From positions 38,802 through 102,801 of the forward strand of contig CAZYDU010000002.1 in assembly GCA_964646345.1 (NCBI GenBank): a stretch of 64,000 bases of DNA. Reading direction: 5' to 3'. The stretch comes from an uncultured Lachnospiraceae bacterium. Its GTDB lineage: Bacteria; Bacillota; Clostridia; Christensenellales; UBA1242. The notes below the pieces were generated by a model that was not told the DNA's origin, did no database searches, and saw only the letters and a list, made by a program, of their open reading frames with translations. Position 1 is the stretch's first letter. Each line of letters starts with the position of its first letter. Positions 54,677 to 64,000 of this stretch are shown here, in pieces. A program made the position numbers and the translations under genes.

Positions 54677-55504
54677 ATGCTTATGATTTATGAGCTTTCA
54701 AATAATATTATAAAGGTTTTTGATAAAACACAATTTAATCCAAAACATATCTTAGAGTGCGGTCAAGTTTTTAGATACGGAAAAGACGAAAATAACAATT
54801 ATTATGTAATTGCACACAAATATAAAGCAACCATCATCGAAAAAGAAAACTACTATGAGATTCACTCGAACAATCCTAATTTTTTTATTGATTATTTCGA
54901 CCTTAACACCGATTATAATAAAATTAAAACCATACTTATGAAAAATAAAATTCTTGCACCTATGGTTAAATTTGGTTATGGCATTAGAATACTAAAAGCT
55001 GACCCTTTAGAAATGATTTTTTCGTTTACAATTTCACAAAATAATAATATAAAAAGAATAAAACAAATCATCGAAAGACTTTGCGAGCTTGGTGAAGAAA
55101 ATGATAATTTTAAATCATTTCCAACTATTGATAGACTTTTTAATGCTCCGCTTTCTTTTTATGAATCCTTGGGAGCTGGATATAGAGCAAAATTTCTAAA
55201 AGAACTTTCAATTTCTTTAACAAATATAAATTTAGAAGAAATTAACAAACTTTCCACTGATGAAATTTACGATTTTTTAATAAATCTAAAAGGTATTGGC
55301 CCAAAAGTCGCTAGTTGCATATTATTATTTGGTTTCCATCGCCTTGAAAAATTTCCCGTTGACACTTGGATTGAACAAGTTTATTATAATCATTTCTCCA
55401 CAGAAAAAAGAACAAGACCCCAAATTCAAAAATACCTTGAAGAAGAATTTAAAGAATTTTCGGGACTTGCACAACAATACTTATTCTATTATGAAAGAAA
55501 ATAA
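54677..55504 (+). CDS. 8-oxoguanine DNA glycosylase (Ogg, HhH-GPD)
   Basis: LKGIGPKVASCILLFG...PVDTW HhH-GPD motif. The start is uncertain; the track begins at a TTG at 54647. Confidence 0.8.
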   Translation: MLMIYELSNNIIKVFDKTQFNPKHILECGQVFRYGKDENNNYYVIAHKYKATIIEKENYYEIHSNNPNFFIDYFDLNTDYNKIKTILMKNKILAPMVKFGYGIRILKADPLEMIFSFTISQNNNIKRIKQIIERLCELGEENDNFKSFPTIDRLFNAPLSFYESLGAGYRAKFLKELSISLTNINLEEINKLSTDEIYDFLINLKGIGPKVASCILLFGFHRLEKFPVDTWIEQVYYNHFSTEKRTRPQIQKYLEEEFKEFSGLAQQYLFYYERK

Positions 55505-55542
55505 AAATCTCCACTAACAATGCGGAGATTTTTTTAACCAAA

Positions 55543-55935
55543 TTAACAAATAATTTCTGGCTCAATATTGTTTGAATGAATTGTTGCTTGCATATTGCTT
55601 AGATAAAAAACTTCAAAGATTTTATCATCAACTGAATACATTGACTTAAGTTCTGGATTTGCATCAAGCATAGCTTGCTTAACTTCAGGTCTATAGTCAT
55701 AAACAACTTTACCATTAACTCTAAGCCATCTATCTTCACTAATCATTGCACAAAGCTCAACAAATGGATTATCTGCAATTTGTTTGAAAGCATGAGTACG
55801 CTTATTTGTGTAAAAATAAACCTTATCTTCAAATTCAACAACTGCATTATAAGGTCTAACTCTTGGTTGACCACCTTCATTTGTTGCAAAGAAAAATGGT
55901 TTTGATTGATTTAAAATATTAACGATTCTGTTCAT
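55543..55935 (-). CDS. Pyridoxamine 5'-phosphate oxidase-like FMN-binding protein
   Basis: FFATNEGGQPRVRPY pattern. 130-aa split-barrel size. Confidence 0.65.
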   Translation of the reverse strand: MNRIVNILNQSKPFFFATNEGGQPRVRPYNAVVEFEDKVYFYTNKRTHAFKQIADNPFVELCAMISEDRWLRVNGKVVYDYRPEVKQAMLDANPELKSMYSVDDKIFEVFYLSNMQATIHSNNIEPEIIC

Positions 55936-56294
55936 AATAACTCCTAAGTAAACTTATATTAATAGCATATCACTAAACGCAAAAATTAACAAATGAATTT
56001 GAAATAATTTTTCAAAATTATTTAACGATTCATCTCTTTTTATATCCTAGTTAATGAGTTTATGTTTTGAATCACGTCAAAAAGCATTCACAAACATAAA
56101 CTTTGTGAATGTCTAATTTACATGTCTCCAATCAAAACTTTTAACTAAAATTTTCATGATATTATTTCCTTGCAATTTCACTATATACCATATATTTCTT
56201 TTTTGTCAAGCACCGATACTTCATTCACAAAGAAACAAGTTAAATTTCTGGCAATAAAAAAACTTTCCTTTTACTCAAGGAAAGTTTATATTAA

Positions 56295-56582
56295 CTATTT
56301 TTCGTTAGCAATAACAGAAACTCTTTTCTTGTCTTTGCCAAATTTTTCAAATTTAACAATTCCATCAATTTTTGCATAAAGTGTATCATCATCACCAATA
56401 CCAACGTTTTCGCCTGGGTGAACATTTGTTCCTCTTTGACGAACGATGATGTTTCCACCTTTAACTGTTTCGCCTGAATATTTTTTAACGCCAAGTCTTT
56501 GAGCATTAGAATCACGGCCGTTTTTAACAGAACCACCACCTTTGTGGTGTGCAAATAATTGGATATTCATAAACATTGTCAT
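56295..56582 (-). CDS. rpmA: Ribosomal protein L27 with N-terminal propeptide
   Basis: The propeptide ends at LFA|HHKGGGS, followed by [13 protein letters not shown]. Confidence 0.95.
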   Translation of the reverse strand: MTMFMNIQLFAHHKGGGSVKNGRDSNAQRLGVKKYSGETVKGGNIIVRQRGTNVHPGENVGIGDDDTLYAKIDGIVKFEKFGKDKKRVSVIANEK

Positions 56583-56914
56583 AAGTTTTTTACCTCCAAT
56601 TCTATAAAATCAGAAAAACTTTCATTCAAGTCAGATATACCGCAAAGCATAGTATCTAGAATAGCTGATGCTTGGATTTTCTGAGTACTCGATAATTTTT
56701 CTGGTAATGTGAATTTTAAATAGCCTTTTTCATCGTCTCTTTTCATATCAAGCTCAAGTCCCGCAACCATCAAAAGGCCCAAAACTGAAGTTTGAACAAT
56801 ACTCGAAAGTGACGCACAAACTATATCTTCACCTTTTTCTCCGTAATTAGTGTGACCATCACACTCAACATCGAAAATAAAATTATTTTTTCTCAAAATA
56901 ACTACTTTTGTCAT
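56579..56914 (-). CDS. prp: Ribosomal-processing cysteine protease Prp
   Basis: Sits between rplU and rpmA, with GH...C catalytic residues ([20 protein letters not shown]). ATG at 56914. Confidence 0.85.
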   Translation of the reverse strand: MTKVVILRKNNFIFDVECDGHTNYGEKGEDIVCASLSSIVQTSVLGLLMVAGLELDMKRDDEKGYLKFTLPEKLSSTQKIQASAILDTMLCGISDLNESFSDFIELEVKNL

Positions 56915-56927
56915 TTTGCACCTACCA

Positions 56928-57230
56928 TTAACCGATTGAAACAACTTTCAATTTTGTGTATGGTTGACGATGACCTTGTTTTTTACGAACATTCTTTTTT
57001 GCTTTGTATTTGTAAACAACAACTTTTGATTCTTTTCCAAATTCAAGAACTTCGCAAACGGCTTTAGCCTTTTTATCTCCAGAAGCGATTGTAACTTTTT
57101 CGCCATCAGCAACAAGCAAACATGGAAGTTCAACTTTATCGCCAACATGAGCATCAATCTTTTCTGTTTTAAAGTAAGTGTTTGGTTCAACTTTATATTG
57201 TTTTCCACCAACTTCAACAATAGCGTACAT
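56928..57230 (-). CDS. rplU: Ribosomal protein L21
   Basis: MYAIVEVGGKQYKV start. ATG at 57230 with a GGAGAGAGGAGG RBS. Confidence 0.95.
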   Translation of the reverse strand: MYAIVEVGGKQYKVEPNTYFKTEKIDAHVGDKVELPCLLVADGEKVTIASGDKKAKAVCEVLEFGKESKVVVYKYKAKKNVRKKQGHRQPYTKLKVVSIG

Positions 57231-57340
57231 AACTTTTCCTCCTCTCTCCAGTCTCACTACGAAGGTGCAACAAATGCTGACTTAATTACCTTTTGTAAGT
57301 GGCACGAGAGTATAATACACCTTGCAAGGTCTTTTGTCAA
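57231..57340 (-). promoter_or_regulatory. rplU promoter and structured 5' leader (candidate L21-type ribosomal leader)
   Basis: TTGACA (57340-57335), a 17-nt spacer, TATTAT (57317-57312). The roughly 75-nt leader has CUCUC...GAGAG pairing that reaches the RBS. Confidence 0.4.
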
Positions 57341-57361
57341 GTATTTTTAGTCTTTTATATT

Positions 57362-58222
57362 TTATATAAAACCTAATTTTTTCAGCAATTCAAACTCATC
57401 AATTCTCTGCAACTCTTTAAAATTATCATCGACAAATACAAAAACGAAGTAATGGTCAGAATCAATAAACTTCAAAAGATAAAGCTCATTATAATCATTT
57501 TTTACATAAATAATTTTCTGCATCAGACCTTTTGATAACCTTTCTTGCTTTTTCCGAATTGCAAATTCTCTTTTAAACGAAGTGCCATTTGCAGATTCAA
57601 ATAACAAAATACACAAATTCACACAAGCAAAACTAAACGACAAGTTAAATGTAAATAAAAAAATAAAAATAGAAATAATAAACAAAACAATCATAAAACA
57701 AAATGAAGCTTTTTTAATTACCCCAACAGCTTCCATTCTTCCTTTTTTGATAGAACACAAACAAAGCAATATTCTTCCACAATCAAGTGGAAAAATTGGC
57801 AAAATATTAAAAAATAATATCGCCTGGTTAACGATTAAAACATCATTTAAAAATTCAAAACTTTCCGGCCAAAACCAAAACGATAAATAACACATGATAA
57901 TAACAAAAAAATTAAACATTGGTCCAGCAAGAATAATTTTAATTTCATCTAAAGTCAAAAAGTCATCAAAACCTTCCAGCGATGCTCCAAAAACTGTAAT
58001 TTTTAACTGCTTTGGGAAATAACCTAATCTTCTAGCAACAAATAGATGAGACAATTCATGAAGCAAAATAAACACAATATACAAAAAATAAACTTTTAAC
58101 ATATCCAAAAAGATAAGTAGAACAAGAAACAATAAAAAAGAATAATCAACTTTTACAAACTTAAATAGTCTTTTCAATTTTTCATAAATTTTTCCCATAG
58201 TAAAATATATGATTTTTTTCAA
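57362..58222 (-). CDS. Site-2 protease family (M50) membrane metalloprotease, SpoIVFB-like
   Basis: HELSHLF in a TM helix, multiple TM segments, and a C-terminal soluble domain. Confidence 0.75.
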   Translation of the reverse strand: MKKIIYFTMGKIYEKLKRLFKFVKVDYSFLLFLVLLIFLDMLKVYFLYIVFILLHELSHLFVARRLGYFPKQLKITVFGASLEGFDDFLTLDEIKIILAGPMFNFFVIIMCYLSFWFWPESFEFLNDVLIVNQAILFFNILPIFPLDCGRILLCLCSIKKGRMEAVGVIKKASFCFMIVLFIISIFIFLFTFNLSFSFACVNLCILLFESANGTSFKREFAIRKKQERLSKGLMQKIIYVKNDYNELYLLKFIDSDHYFVFVFVDDNFKELQRIDEFELLKKLGFI

Positions 58223-58426
58223 TAAATAATTTGCAAAACAATATTTTAATTAAAATTATCATAATTTGATGTATTTTATTTATTTTTTGGAAATTTTTAA
58301 ACTGTTTTGCGTTTTTTGTTTTTACACTTAAAACAAACCTTAGCTTTAATTTTATTCAATAAATTTCACAATTTTATTGTACAATTAGCCAAAATATTGT
58401 ATAATAAATACAGGAGTGATAGATTA

Positions 58427-59434
58427 ATGTCAACACAATATATTGGGCTAAAACTCGGCTCAACAAACACAAGTATATACAAACCTGGAAATGGCTTAGT
58501 TTTAAAAGAAGCCAGTCTTATTGCCATGCCAACAAATCCAAAAAATAAAGAAATTTATGCCGTTGGCGATAATGCAAAATTAATAAAAGATAGATTACCA
58601 CAAAATGTTGCAGTTTACTCACCTATCACAAACGGAGTAATACAATATGAAGAACTTGCAACTTTAATGTTAAAATCTTTTATAAGAAAAATATTTCCAA
58701 ATAAAACACTTGGACGAAACATCAAAGCTCTTGTTTGTGTTCCAATAGGATTATCTCCTGATGAAAAGAAGTCCTTAGAACTAACTTGTTATAAATCAGG
58801 CATCGCTGATGTAACACTAATCCCTGAAGTTATTTGCCATGCAATAGGTTCAGCAATAGATATTCAAAATGAAAAAGCATGTATGATTGTTGATATTGGC
58901 GGAAATATCACAGATATAGCAATTATTTCTAACTTCGGCATAATTGATGCATTTAACATTTCAATCGGTGGCGAAATAATTAATTCAGCAATAATAAAAT
59001 ATATTAATGAAACTTATAAAATAGTCATTGGAAACAAACAAGCAGATAAAATCAAAATTGAAATTTGTGCACTTATCGAAAACTACCAAGCACAAATCGA
59101 AGTTACGGGTTACAATTATTTAACAAATACAAAAGAAAATATCAATATCACATCAACTGAGCTTTACCCTATTATCAAACATTATTATGGAAAAATTGCA
59201 AGCGTAATCAATTCAGTAATAAAAAATAATGACCCACAAGTCATCTCAGATATTAATGAAAACGGAATCTATTTTTTAGGCGAAGCATCAACAATGATTG
59301 GATTAGACAAATTCTTCCAAAAAGCAACATCATTAAAAACAATCACAGCTAATAACCTAAACTCTAGTATGGTTGGAACTGGAGAACTTATAAATCACCC
59401 ACAACTTCTACATAAAATTTTGAAAAAACTATAA
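58427..59434 (+). CDS. Actin-like ATPase, divergent MreB/Mbl family
   Basis: GLKLGSTNTSIY phosphate-1 and DIGGNITDIAIIS phosphate-2 motifs. ATG at 58427 with an AGGAG RBS. Confidence 0.7.
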   Translation: MSTQYIGLKLGSTNTSIYKPGNGLVLKEASLIAMPTNPKNKEIYAVGDNAKLIKDRLPQNVAVYSPITNGVIQYEELATLMLKSFIRKIFPNKTLGRNIKALVCVPIGLSPDEKKSLELTCYKSGIADVTLIPEVICHAIGSAIDIQNEKACMIVDIGGNITDIAIISNFGIIDAFNISIGGEIINSAIIKYINETYKIVIGNKQADKIKIEICALIENYQAQIEVTGYNYLTNTKENINITSTELYPIIKHYYGKIASVINSVIKNNDPQVISDINENGIYFLGEASTMIGLDKFFQKATSLKTITANNLNSSMVGTGELINHPQLLHKILKKL

Positions 59435-59554
59435 TAAATTTATAAACTAAAATAAAACCTTACATAATTGGTTAAATCCAAACCATATGTAAGGTTTTTT
59501 TCATAAAAAAACATAGATTGTAAAATTAGATATTCTACTAATCTATGTTTATTT

Positions 59555-61075
59555 TTATAAAATTTCAATCTTTTTATGGAATACTTTTTCAAAGTCACGA
59601 CCAACTTCCATTCCACGTTGAATTTCAAAAGAAGCATCAGCTATAGTAATGGTTTTCATAATAACTGAATCCCCTAAAATATCACAATTAACATCAACAA
59701 TAACACTATTTTTTGTTCTATCGAAACATTCAGCCAACCTTAAGATTAAACCAAGTTTTTTAACAGCATCAATATCTTCAACTGTTAATATTCCATTATA
59801 TTTAGCCCAATCACTCATTTTGATTTCACCACCCGAATGAAGTGACGCAACGAAACTAGCAAGGATTAATTCTCTATGAGTTAACCCATAAATTTCACTA
59901 TTTAAAATTACTTCAAATGAATGATTTGCATGATGCTTATAGCTAATACGTCTACCCACGTCATGCATATATGACGCAACCCTTAGTACTCTAACATAAC
60001 CCCTTGGCAATTTATGAAGCACACGGAGTTGTTTGTAAAGAAGCATTGACAAATTATAAACCTGTTCATTATGTTTTATTGAATTTGCTTCATACTCTGA
60101 TGTTTGAGCCATAACCGAAAAACCAACAATATCAGCATTAGGTTTTTCAAGAGTTGTTGGAATAACAGTGTTAAACAACACCCCTTCAACCATTGACCTT
60201 GTTGTAATTGTCACAGTTTCTTTATTAATAAAATCTGAAATAGCTTTGATAATTTGAACACCATATCCAAACACATCAGCTCGTGTTTCATGCAAGTTCT
60301 TAAGTCTTTTTGTTCCATTCAAATCAAGTGCTTTAATTTGGTTTAAAATATATTCAATATCTTTAGTCTCAAAAACATAACCATCATCTTTATCGAGTGA
60401 ATATTTTTTATAAATTCTATCCATATTCGATAAATCTTCAAAATACAAACCATTACCAACAAAAACATACTCAGGTTCAATATTTTTAAGCCAATCAAAA
60501 TCAGAAAGTTCTTGCTTTATATATTTCTCGACCTTATCAAAAGCATCATCTTTCCCCAACTTATCAATAGGATACATCGAAATTAAATTTTTAGGGCCAA
60601 TAGGCAAAAATGCTTGATTTAAAATATTACGTCTATTGTAATGAACAATATGAATATTATCTGCCCCAACATTAACAATAACAGCTTTTGGAATATCGTA
60701 GCTATTTAACACACCGGTATAAATTGCAGCATTTTGTTCTTCTGGTGTAAACAAAGAAAATCTAAAGCCACAGGTAACAAAAACTTCATCAAAGAAACTA
60801 TAGATATTCATAGGCTTTGTATCTTTAACAAAACTTGCAATAGCGATTGTTTTTGAAACAGCATACATATCACAAATTTTTCTAAAGTTCTTCAAAATAT
60901 TAATAATTGAAGCAATTTGATTTTTCTTTAAAAAGTGGTCATCGTCCATTTCCAAACCAGTTGGAATAGTCTCGTACTCCGCATCACAAATTGAAAAGAA
61001 ATTGTCTTGATTTGCATTTGCTATAATTAATTTTGCAGTATAGGTTTCAACAACAACAACAGCGATTTTTTCCAT
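59555..61075 (-). CDS. Ppx/GppA-family phosphatase with C-terminal HD domain
   Basis: N-terminal ASKHA fold pattern and a C-terminal HD (ASYMHDVGR). ATG at 61075 with an AAGGAG RBS. Confidence 0.75.
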   Translation of the reverse strand: MEKIAVVVVETYTAKLIIANANQDNFFSICDAEYETIPTGLEMDDDHFLKKNQIASIINILKNFRKICDMYAVSKTIAIASFVKDTKPMNIYSFFDEVFVTCGFRFSLFTPEEQNAAIYTGVLNSYDIPKAVIVNVGADNIHIVHYNRRNILNQAFLPIGPKNLISMYPIDKLGKDDAFDKVEKYIKQELSDFDWLKNIEPEYVFVGNGLYFEDLSNMDRIYKKYSLDKDDGYVFETKDIEYILNQIKALDLNGTKRLKNLHETRADVFGYGVQIIKAISDFINKETVTITTRSMVEGVLFNTVIPTTLEKPNADIVGFSVMAQTSEYEANSIKHNEQVYNLSMLLYKQLRVLHKLPRGYVRVLRVASYMHDVGRRISYKHHANHSFEVILNSEIYGLTHRELILASFVASLHSGGEIKMSDWAKYNGILTVEDIDAVKKLGLILRLAECFDRTKNSVIVDVNCDILGDSVIMKTITIADASFEIQRGMEVGRDFEKVFHKKIEIL

Positions 61076-61233
61076 AAATAATAGCTCCTTTTCTAGCTTT
61101 TCTACTATCAAAATTATAACATAAAAAAAACCAAAAGTATACAAATATAAAGATAATTTAAAATAAACTTTTAGTTATATTAAAAATTTATTTCACAGAA
61201 AAATTTAAAATTTATTTGACAAAATAATTTTGG

Positions 61234-62016
61234 CTAAATTCGAGATATAACATGATTTGGACAAGCCGCAACACACTTTCCACAACGTCTACATTTGCTG
61301 TGGTCAATATTTGGAAGCCCACCAACCATTTGAATAGCACCATAAGGACAAGCCACTACACAAGCTTCACAATGCAAACATGAAACCTTACAATTTCTTG
61401 TTATAGCAGAATCTTCAGATGAGTTTTTACAAAGCACTTCAACATACTTATCACTTGGAACTAGCGTAATCAATTTATTTGGACAAGAATATAAACATTC
61501 TCCACAACCAACACATTTATATGGGTCAATTACAGCACAACCCTTTTCGGAAATTGAAATCGCACCGTAAACACAAGATTTCACACAGTCTCCACAACCC
61601 AAACACGCATAAGGGCATGCTTTTTCACCACTATGTAATAAATCTTTACAAGCACAAGTGTTATCACCATTATAAATAAATTTGTTTTGGCAATCTTCTC
61701 CACCTTTACATTTAACTACAGCCACGCTATCAAAATGCACTTTACGTTCACGCTTAATCATTTGTCTGATTTTTAAATAATTTTTTGAACCAATAGCAAA
61801 TGGACATTCATGCACATTTGTTTTTCCTTTAGACAAATCAACAGCAAACTTAGAGCAACTTTGCCTGCCACATTTACCACAATTAAGTCCAGGCAAAAGT
61901 TCTCTTATAATTTCGGCGTTTTTATTTAATTTTTTATTTTTTGCAGTCGCAATCGAAACAATCACTATTGTTAAAATAAGCACTACAAATACTATGATAA
62001 CCAACGCAAGTTTCAT
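61234..62016 (-). CDS. rnfB: Rnf complex subunit B (polyferredoxin)
   Basis: N-terminal anchor, LNCGKCGRQSC, and several CxxCxxCxxxCP clusters. Confidence 0.8.
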   Translation of the reverse strand: MKLALVIIVFVVLILTIVIVSIATAKNKKLNKNAEIIRELLPGLNCGKCGRQSCSKFAVDLSKGKTNVHECPFAIGSKNYLKIRQMIKRERKVHFDSVAVVKCKGGEDCQNKFIYNGDNTCACKDLLHSGEKACPYACLGCGDCVKSCVYGAISISEKGCAVIDPYKCVGCGECLYSCPNKLITLVPSDKYVEVLCKNSSEDSAITRNCKVSCLHCEACVVACPYGAIQMVGGLPNIDHSKCRRCGKCVAACPNHVISRI

Positions 62017-62026
62017 AATTATCTCC

Positions 62027-62602
62027 TTAAATTAGCATATTTAAATAATACAAAAGTACTGCAAAAATCGCAACTAAATACAATCTTGCCGACACATTTC
62101 TAAAGCACAATCTCAAACTTGATTTATTGATGCCTTCAATAAAGAAACCTATTATAAAGACAGTTAAAAATACAACCAAAACAACTGCACCCACACATAA
62201 AATAAAAGGTAAAATTTCAAGTGTAAAATCTAAACTCATAACAACGAAAACTGTAAAAATTGTATCAAAAACATACGAACATGAACGCTCATAAAGATAA
62301 TGACCAAAAAGTGACATTTTGCTCCAAAGTTTAGAAATTAAAAGATTGTATAAGCATGCAATCAAAACTGCAACACCAATAAAAATTTCAGATAAATCGA
62401 GCTTAAAAAAAACATATTTATCCAAAAAATACATAGCCACCGAGCAAATGCAAATACCAAGCATTAAAAACAAAGTATCAACATATCTAAATAATCTATA
62501 CTTTTTTTCTCTGCCAAACAAAAGCACCCCAGCACCTGAATTAACAACAATATTATTAGACAATCCAAAGCCAGCAAGGTTTGCTAAAAATAAATCTAAC
62601 AT
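62027..62602 (-). CDS. rnfA: Rnf complex subunit A-like membrane protein
   Basis: Six TM segments, 191 aa, positioned between rnfE and rnfB. The sequence is divergent. Confidence 0.6.
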   Translation of the reverse strand: MLDLFLANLAGFGLSNNIVVNSGAGVLLFGREKKYRLFRYVDTLFLMLGICICSVAMYFLDKYVFFKLDLSEIFIGVAVLIACLYNLLISKLWSKMSLFGHYLYERSCSYVFDTIFTVFVVMSLDFTLEILPFILCVGAVVLVVFLTVFIIGFFIEGINKSSLRLCFRNVSARLYLVAIFAVLLYYLNMLI

Positions 62603-63517
62603 CTATTTTTTACCCCCCTTTTTCTTCTTTTTCTTTCCCTTCTCATCTTCAGTTTTTAAATCAACATTTATATCAGGATTTTCAATTTTTTCTTCTTCAA
62701 CTTCTTCAGGTTCTACAATTTCACTTTCTTCAGTAACAGCATCTTTAACAGATTCTATTGCTTCATTTTCTGATTGCTTTTGAGCAAGTTTTTCAGCATC
62801 TACTTTGTTTATTTTATTAACTTCAATTTCATTTGTAAGCAATTTCTCTCTACGCAAAATATCATACTGAAAAGCTTTTTCACTACGAATAATTTTAACA
62901 TATTTCTGATAAACCATGTCTTTTGTCTCTTTCTTTCTATCAATAAGCCTAACAACATAATCAAAAATAGCACACAAACTTGCAAGCAAAATCAAATCAA
63001 AAATTATTAACCTGCAAAATTCCACACCGGAAAACTTGAATAATTGTTTGCCATAAATTGAACCAAACGCCAAAAATTCTTTAATAACAGCATACACACC
63101 AGTAATAAGAGCAAATATGAACAATATTTTTAAAATACTCATAAAATAATGCTTTGTTGTTGCCTTATTTCTAAAATAAATAAACTCAGCCGAAAGAATT
63201 GTTGTCGAAAATATAATAAAGTAAGAATTTTCAGGCAAAACTTTATCAGTGTTTTCTTTAACCAAAATTATGGCAACCGTAACCAACATTGCCGATATAA
63301 TCGCAGTTAGCATGGCTTTTACATTATTGGTTAAATACTTATTAAAAATCATCAAAAATAACTGTGAAACCAGCAAACAAATAGCAGTTCCACACACAAA
63401 AAACACCGCTTCATCAACACTTGAAACAGCCATAAGCAGTGGACAAATTGCAAGCACAATTATTTGCACAGAACTATGCTCAATATTAGTCTTAATGTGC
63501 ATATCTAACACCCCCAA
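62603..63517 (-). CDS. rnfE: Rnf complex subunit E-like membrane protein with charged C-terminal tail
   Basis: LAICPLLMAV-type N-terminal motif and about 190 aa of TM core, then about 110 aa of K/E-rich extension ending KKKKKKGGKK. Confidence 0.6.
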   Translation of the reverse strand: MGVLDMHIKTNIEHSSVQIIVLAICPLLMAVSSVDEAVFFVCGTAICLLVSQLFLMIFNKYLTNNVKAMLTAIISAMLVTVAIILVKENTDKVLPENSYFIIFSTTILSAEFIYFRNKATTKHYFMSILKILFIFALITGVYAVIKEFLAFGSIYGKQLFKFSGVEFCRLIIFDLILLASLCAIFDYVVRLIDRKKETKDMVYQKYVKIIRSEKAFQYDILRREKLLTNEIEVNKINKVDAEKLAQKQSENEAIESVKDAVTEESEIVEPEEVEEEKIENPDINVDLKTEDEKGKKKKKKGGKK

Positions 63518-64000
63518 GTGGTTTTTGTTTTATAACTAAATACTTATCCATAAAAGGAACTAAAACATTAACAATTAGTCCAGCAACAAAAATGGTTTCT
63601 TCCCCCATTTTTGAAATATTCCAAAGCACAGCGGAAAGCATACCAAAAATTATAGAGTATAATAATTTACCTAGGAACGTATTTGGCGATGTGTTAGGGT
63701 CAGTCATCATGAATACACTAACAAAAATAAACGAACCTGAGCAAAGATTTAAAATAGCAAACTCCATACCATTTATAACGAAAGCAGTCACAAAATAAGC
63801 AATAATACTAAATAATGGAATTTTCCAATCAATAACACTCATATATACCAAAAAAACATAAGCTATCAAAATTACAATCACACAGGTAGTTCCTATACCA
63901 CCAACTGCTTTACCTGACAACAAATTCATAATTGAATTTTCGCCACCAGCGGTAAATGACACGTAATATTCACCGTTCAAAGTAAAATCATAAAGATTAG
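63492..64000 (-). CDS. rnfD: Rnf complex subunit D, C-terminal part (gene continues past window end)
   Basis: FMMTDPNTSP motif (RnfD/NqrB FMN-attachment region). The frame is open to the window edge. Confidence 0.65.
   Translation of the reverse strand, partial: NLYDFTLNGEYYVSFTAGGENSIMNLLSGKAVGGIGTTCVIVILIAYVFLVYMSVIDWKIPLFSIIAYFVTAFVINGMEFAILNLCSGSFIFVSVFMMTDPNTSPNTFLGKLLYSIIFGMLSAVLWNISKMGEETIFVAGLIVNVLVPFMDKYLVIKQKPLGGVRYAH

Noticed and set aside
56291-57220. ORFs 56291-56554 (-), 56948-57220 (-) and 56852-57067 (+)
   Set aside because: They are out-of-frame or antisense overlaps of rpmA, rplU and prp, which are unambiguous.
1-64000. Alternative genetic code (TGA = Trp, Mollicutes-type), considered because of the very low GC
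   Set aside because: Long conserved genes (polA 845 aa, clpC 799 aa, pheT 791 aa, metG 693 aa) are intact and full-length under the standard code, with no in-frame TGA interruptions.

Overview
This is an AT-rich chromosome segment from a low-GC Bacillota-type bacterium using the standard genetic code. Lineage markers are a ctsR-mcsA-mcsB-clpC operon, an rplU-prp-rpmA operon, T-box-controlled pheST and Rnf genes. Almost every gene is on the minus strand and is core housekeeping: tsaE-tsaB-rimI, deoC, pheST, obg, nth, hpf, clpC, degV, dtd, a six-tRNA cluster, ABC-F, metG, gmk, polA, ppa, floA, ECF sigma/anti-sigma, ogg, mreB-like, ppx/gppA and rnfD-E-A-B. The exception is 22649-37087, a 14.4-kb element inserted into the 3' end of tRNA-Tyr and bounded by a perfect 57-bp direct repeat. 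The element has a filamentous-phage-like layout: a tyrosine integrase, an XRE repressor, a Zot/pI-type morphogenesis ATPase, several small membrane proteins and a roughly 1000-aa repeat protein. Unexpectedly, it also carries a CRESS-DNA-virus-type Rep (HUH motifs I-III plus SF3 helicase). That Rep lies downstream of a 12-bp stem-loop whose loop contains the canonical TAGTATTAC nonanucleotide, flanked by five iterons. This chimeric integrative ssDNA-type element is the main finding. Secondary observations: recoding-like frame anomalies at the giant repeat protein and upstream of the integrase; shared GACACA-core repeats at the origin and both element ends; a non-T-box terminator/antiterminator leader before an atypical metG; a tRNA-Leu that folds with an A34 (AAG) anticodon; a small RNxxAH (HEPN-like) two-gene cassette; and an rnf cluster without rnfG. 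All calls come from reading the sequence and ORF translations by eye; no database search was run.
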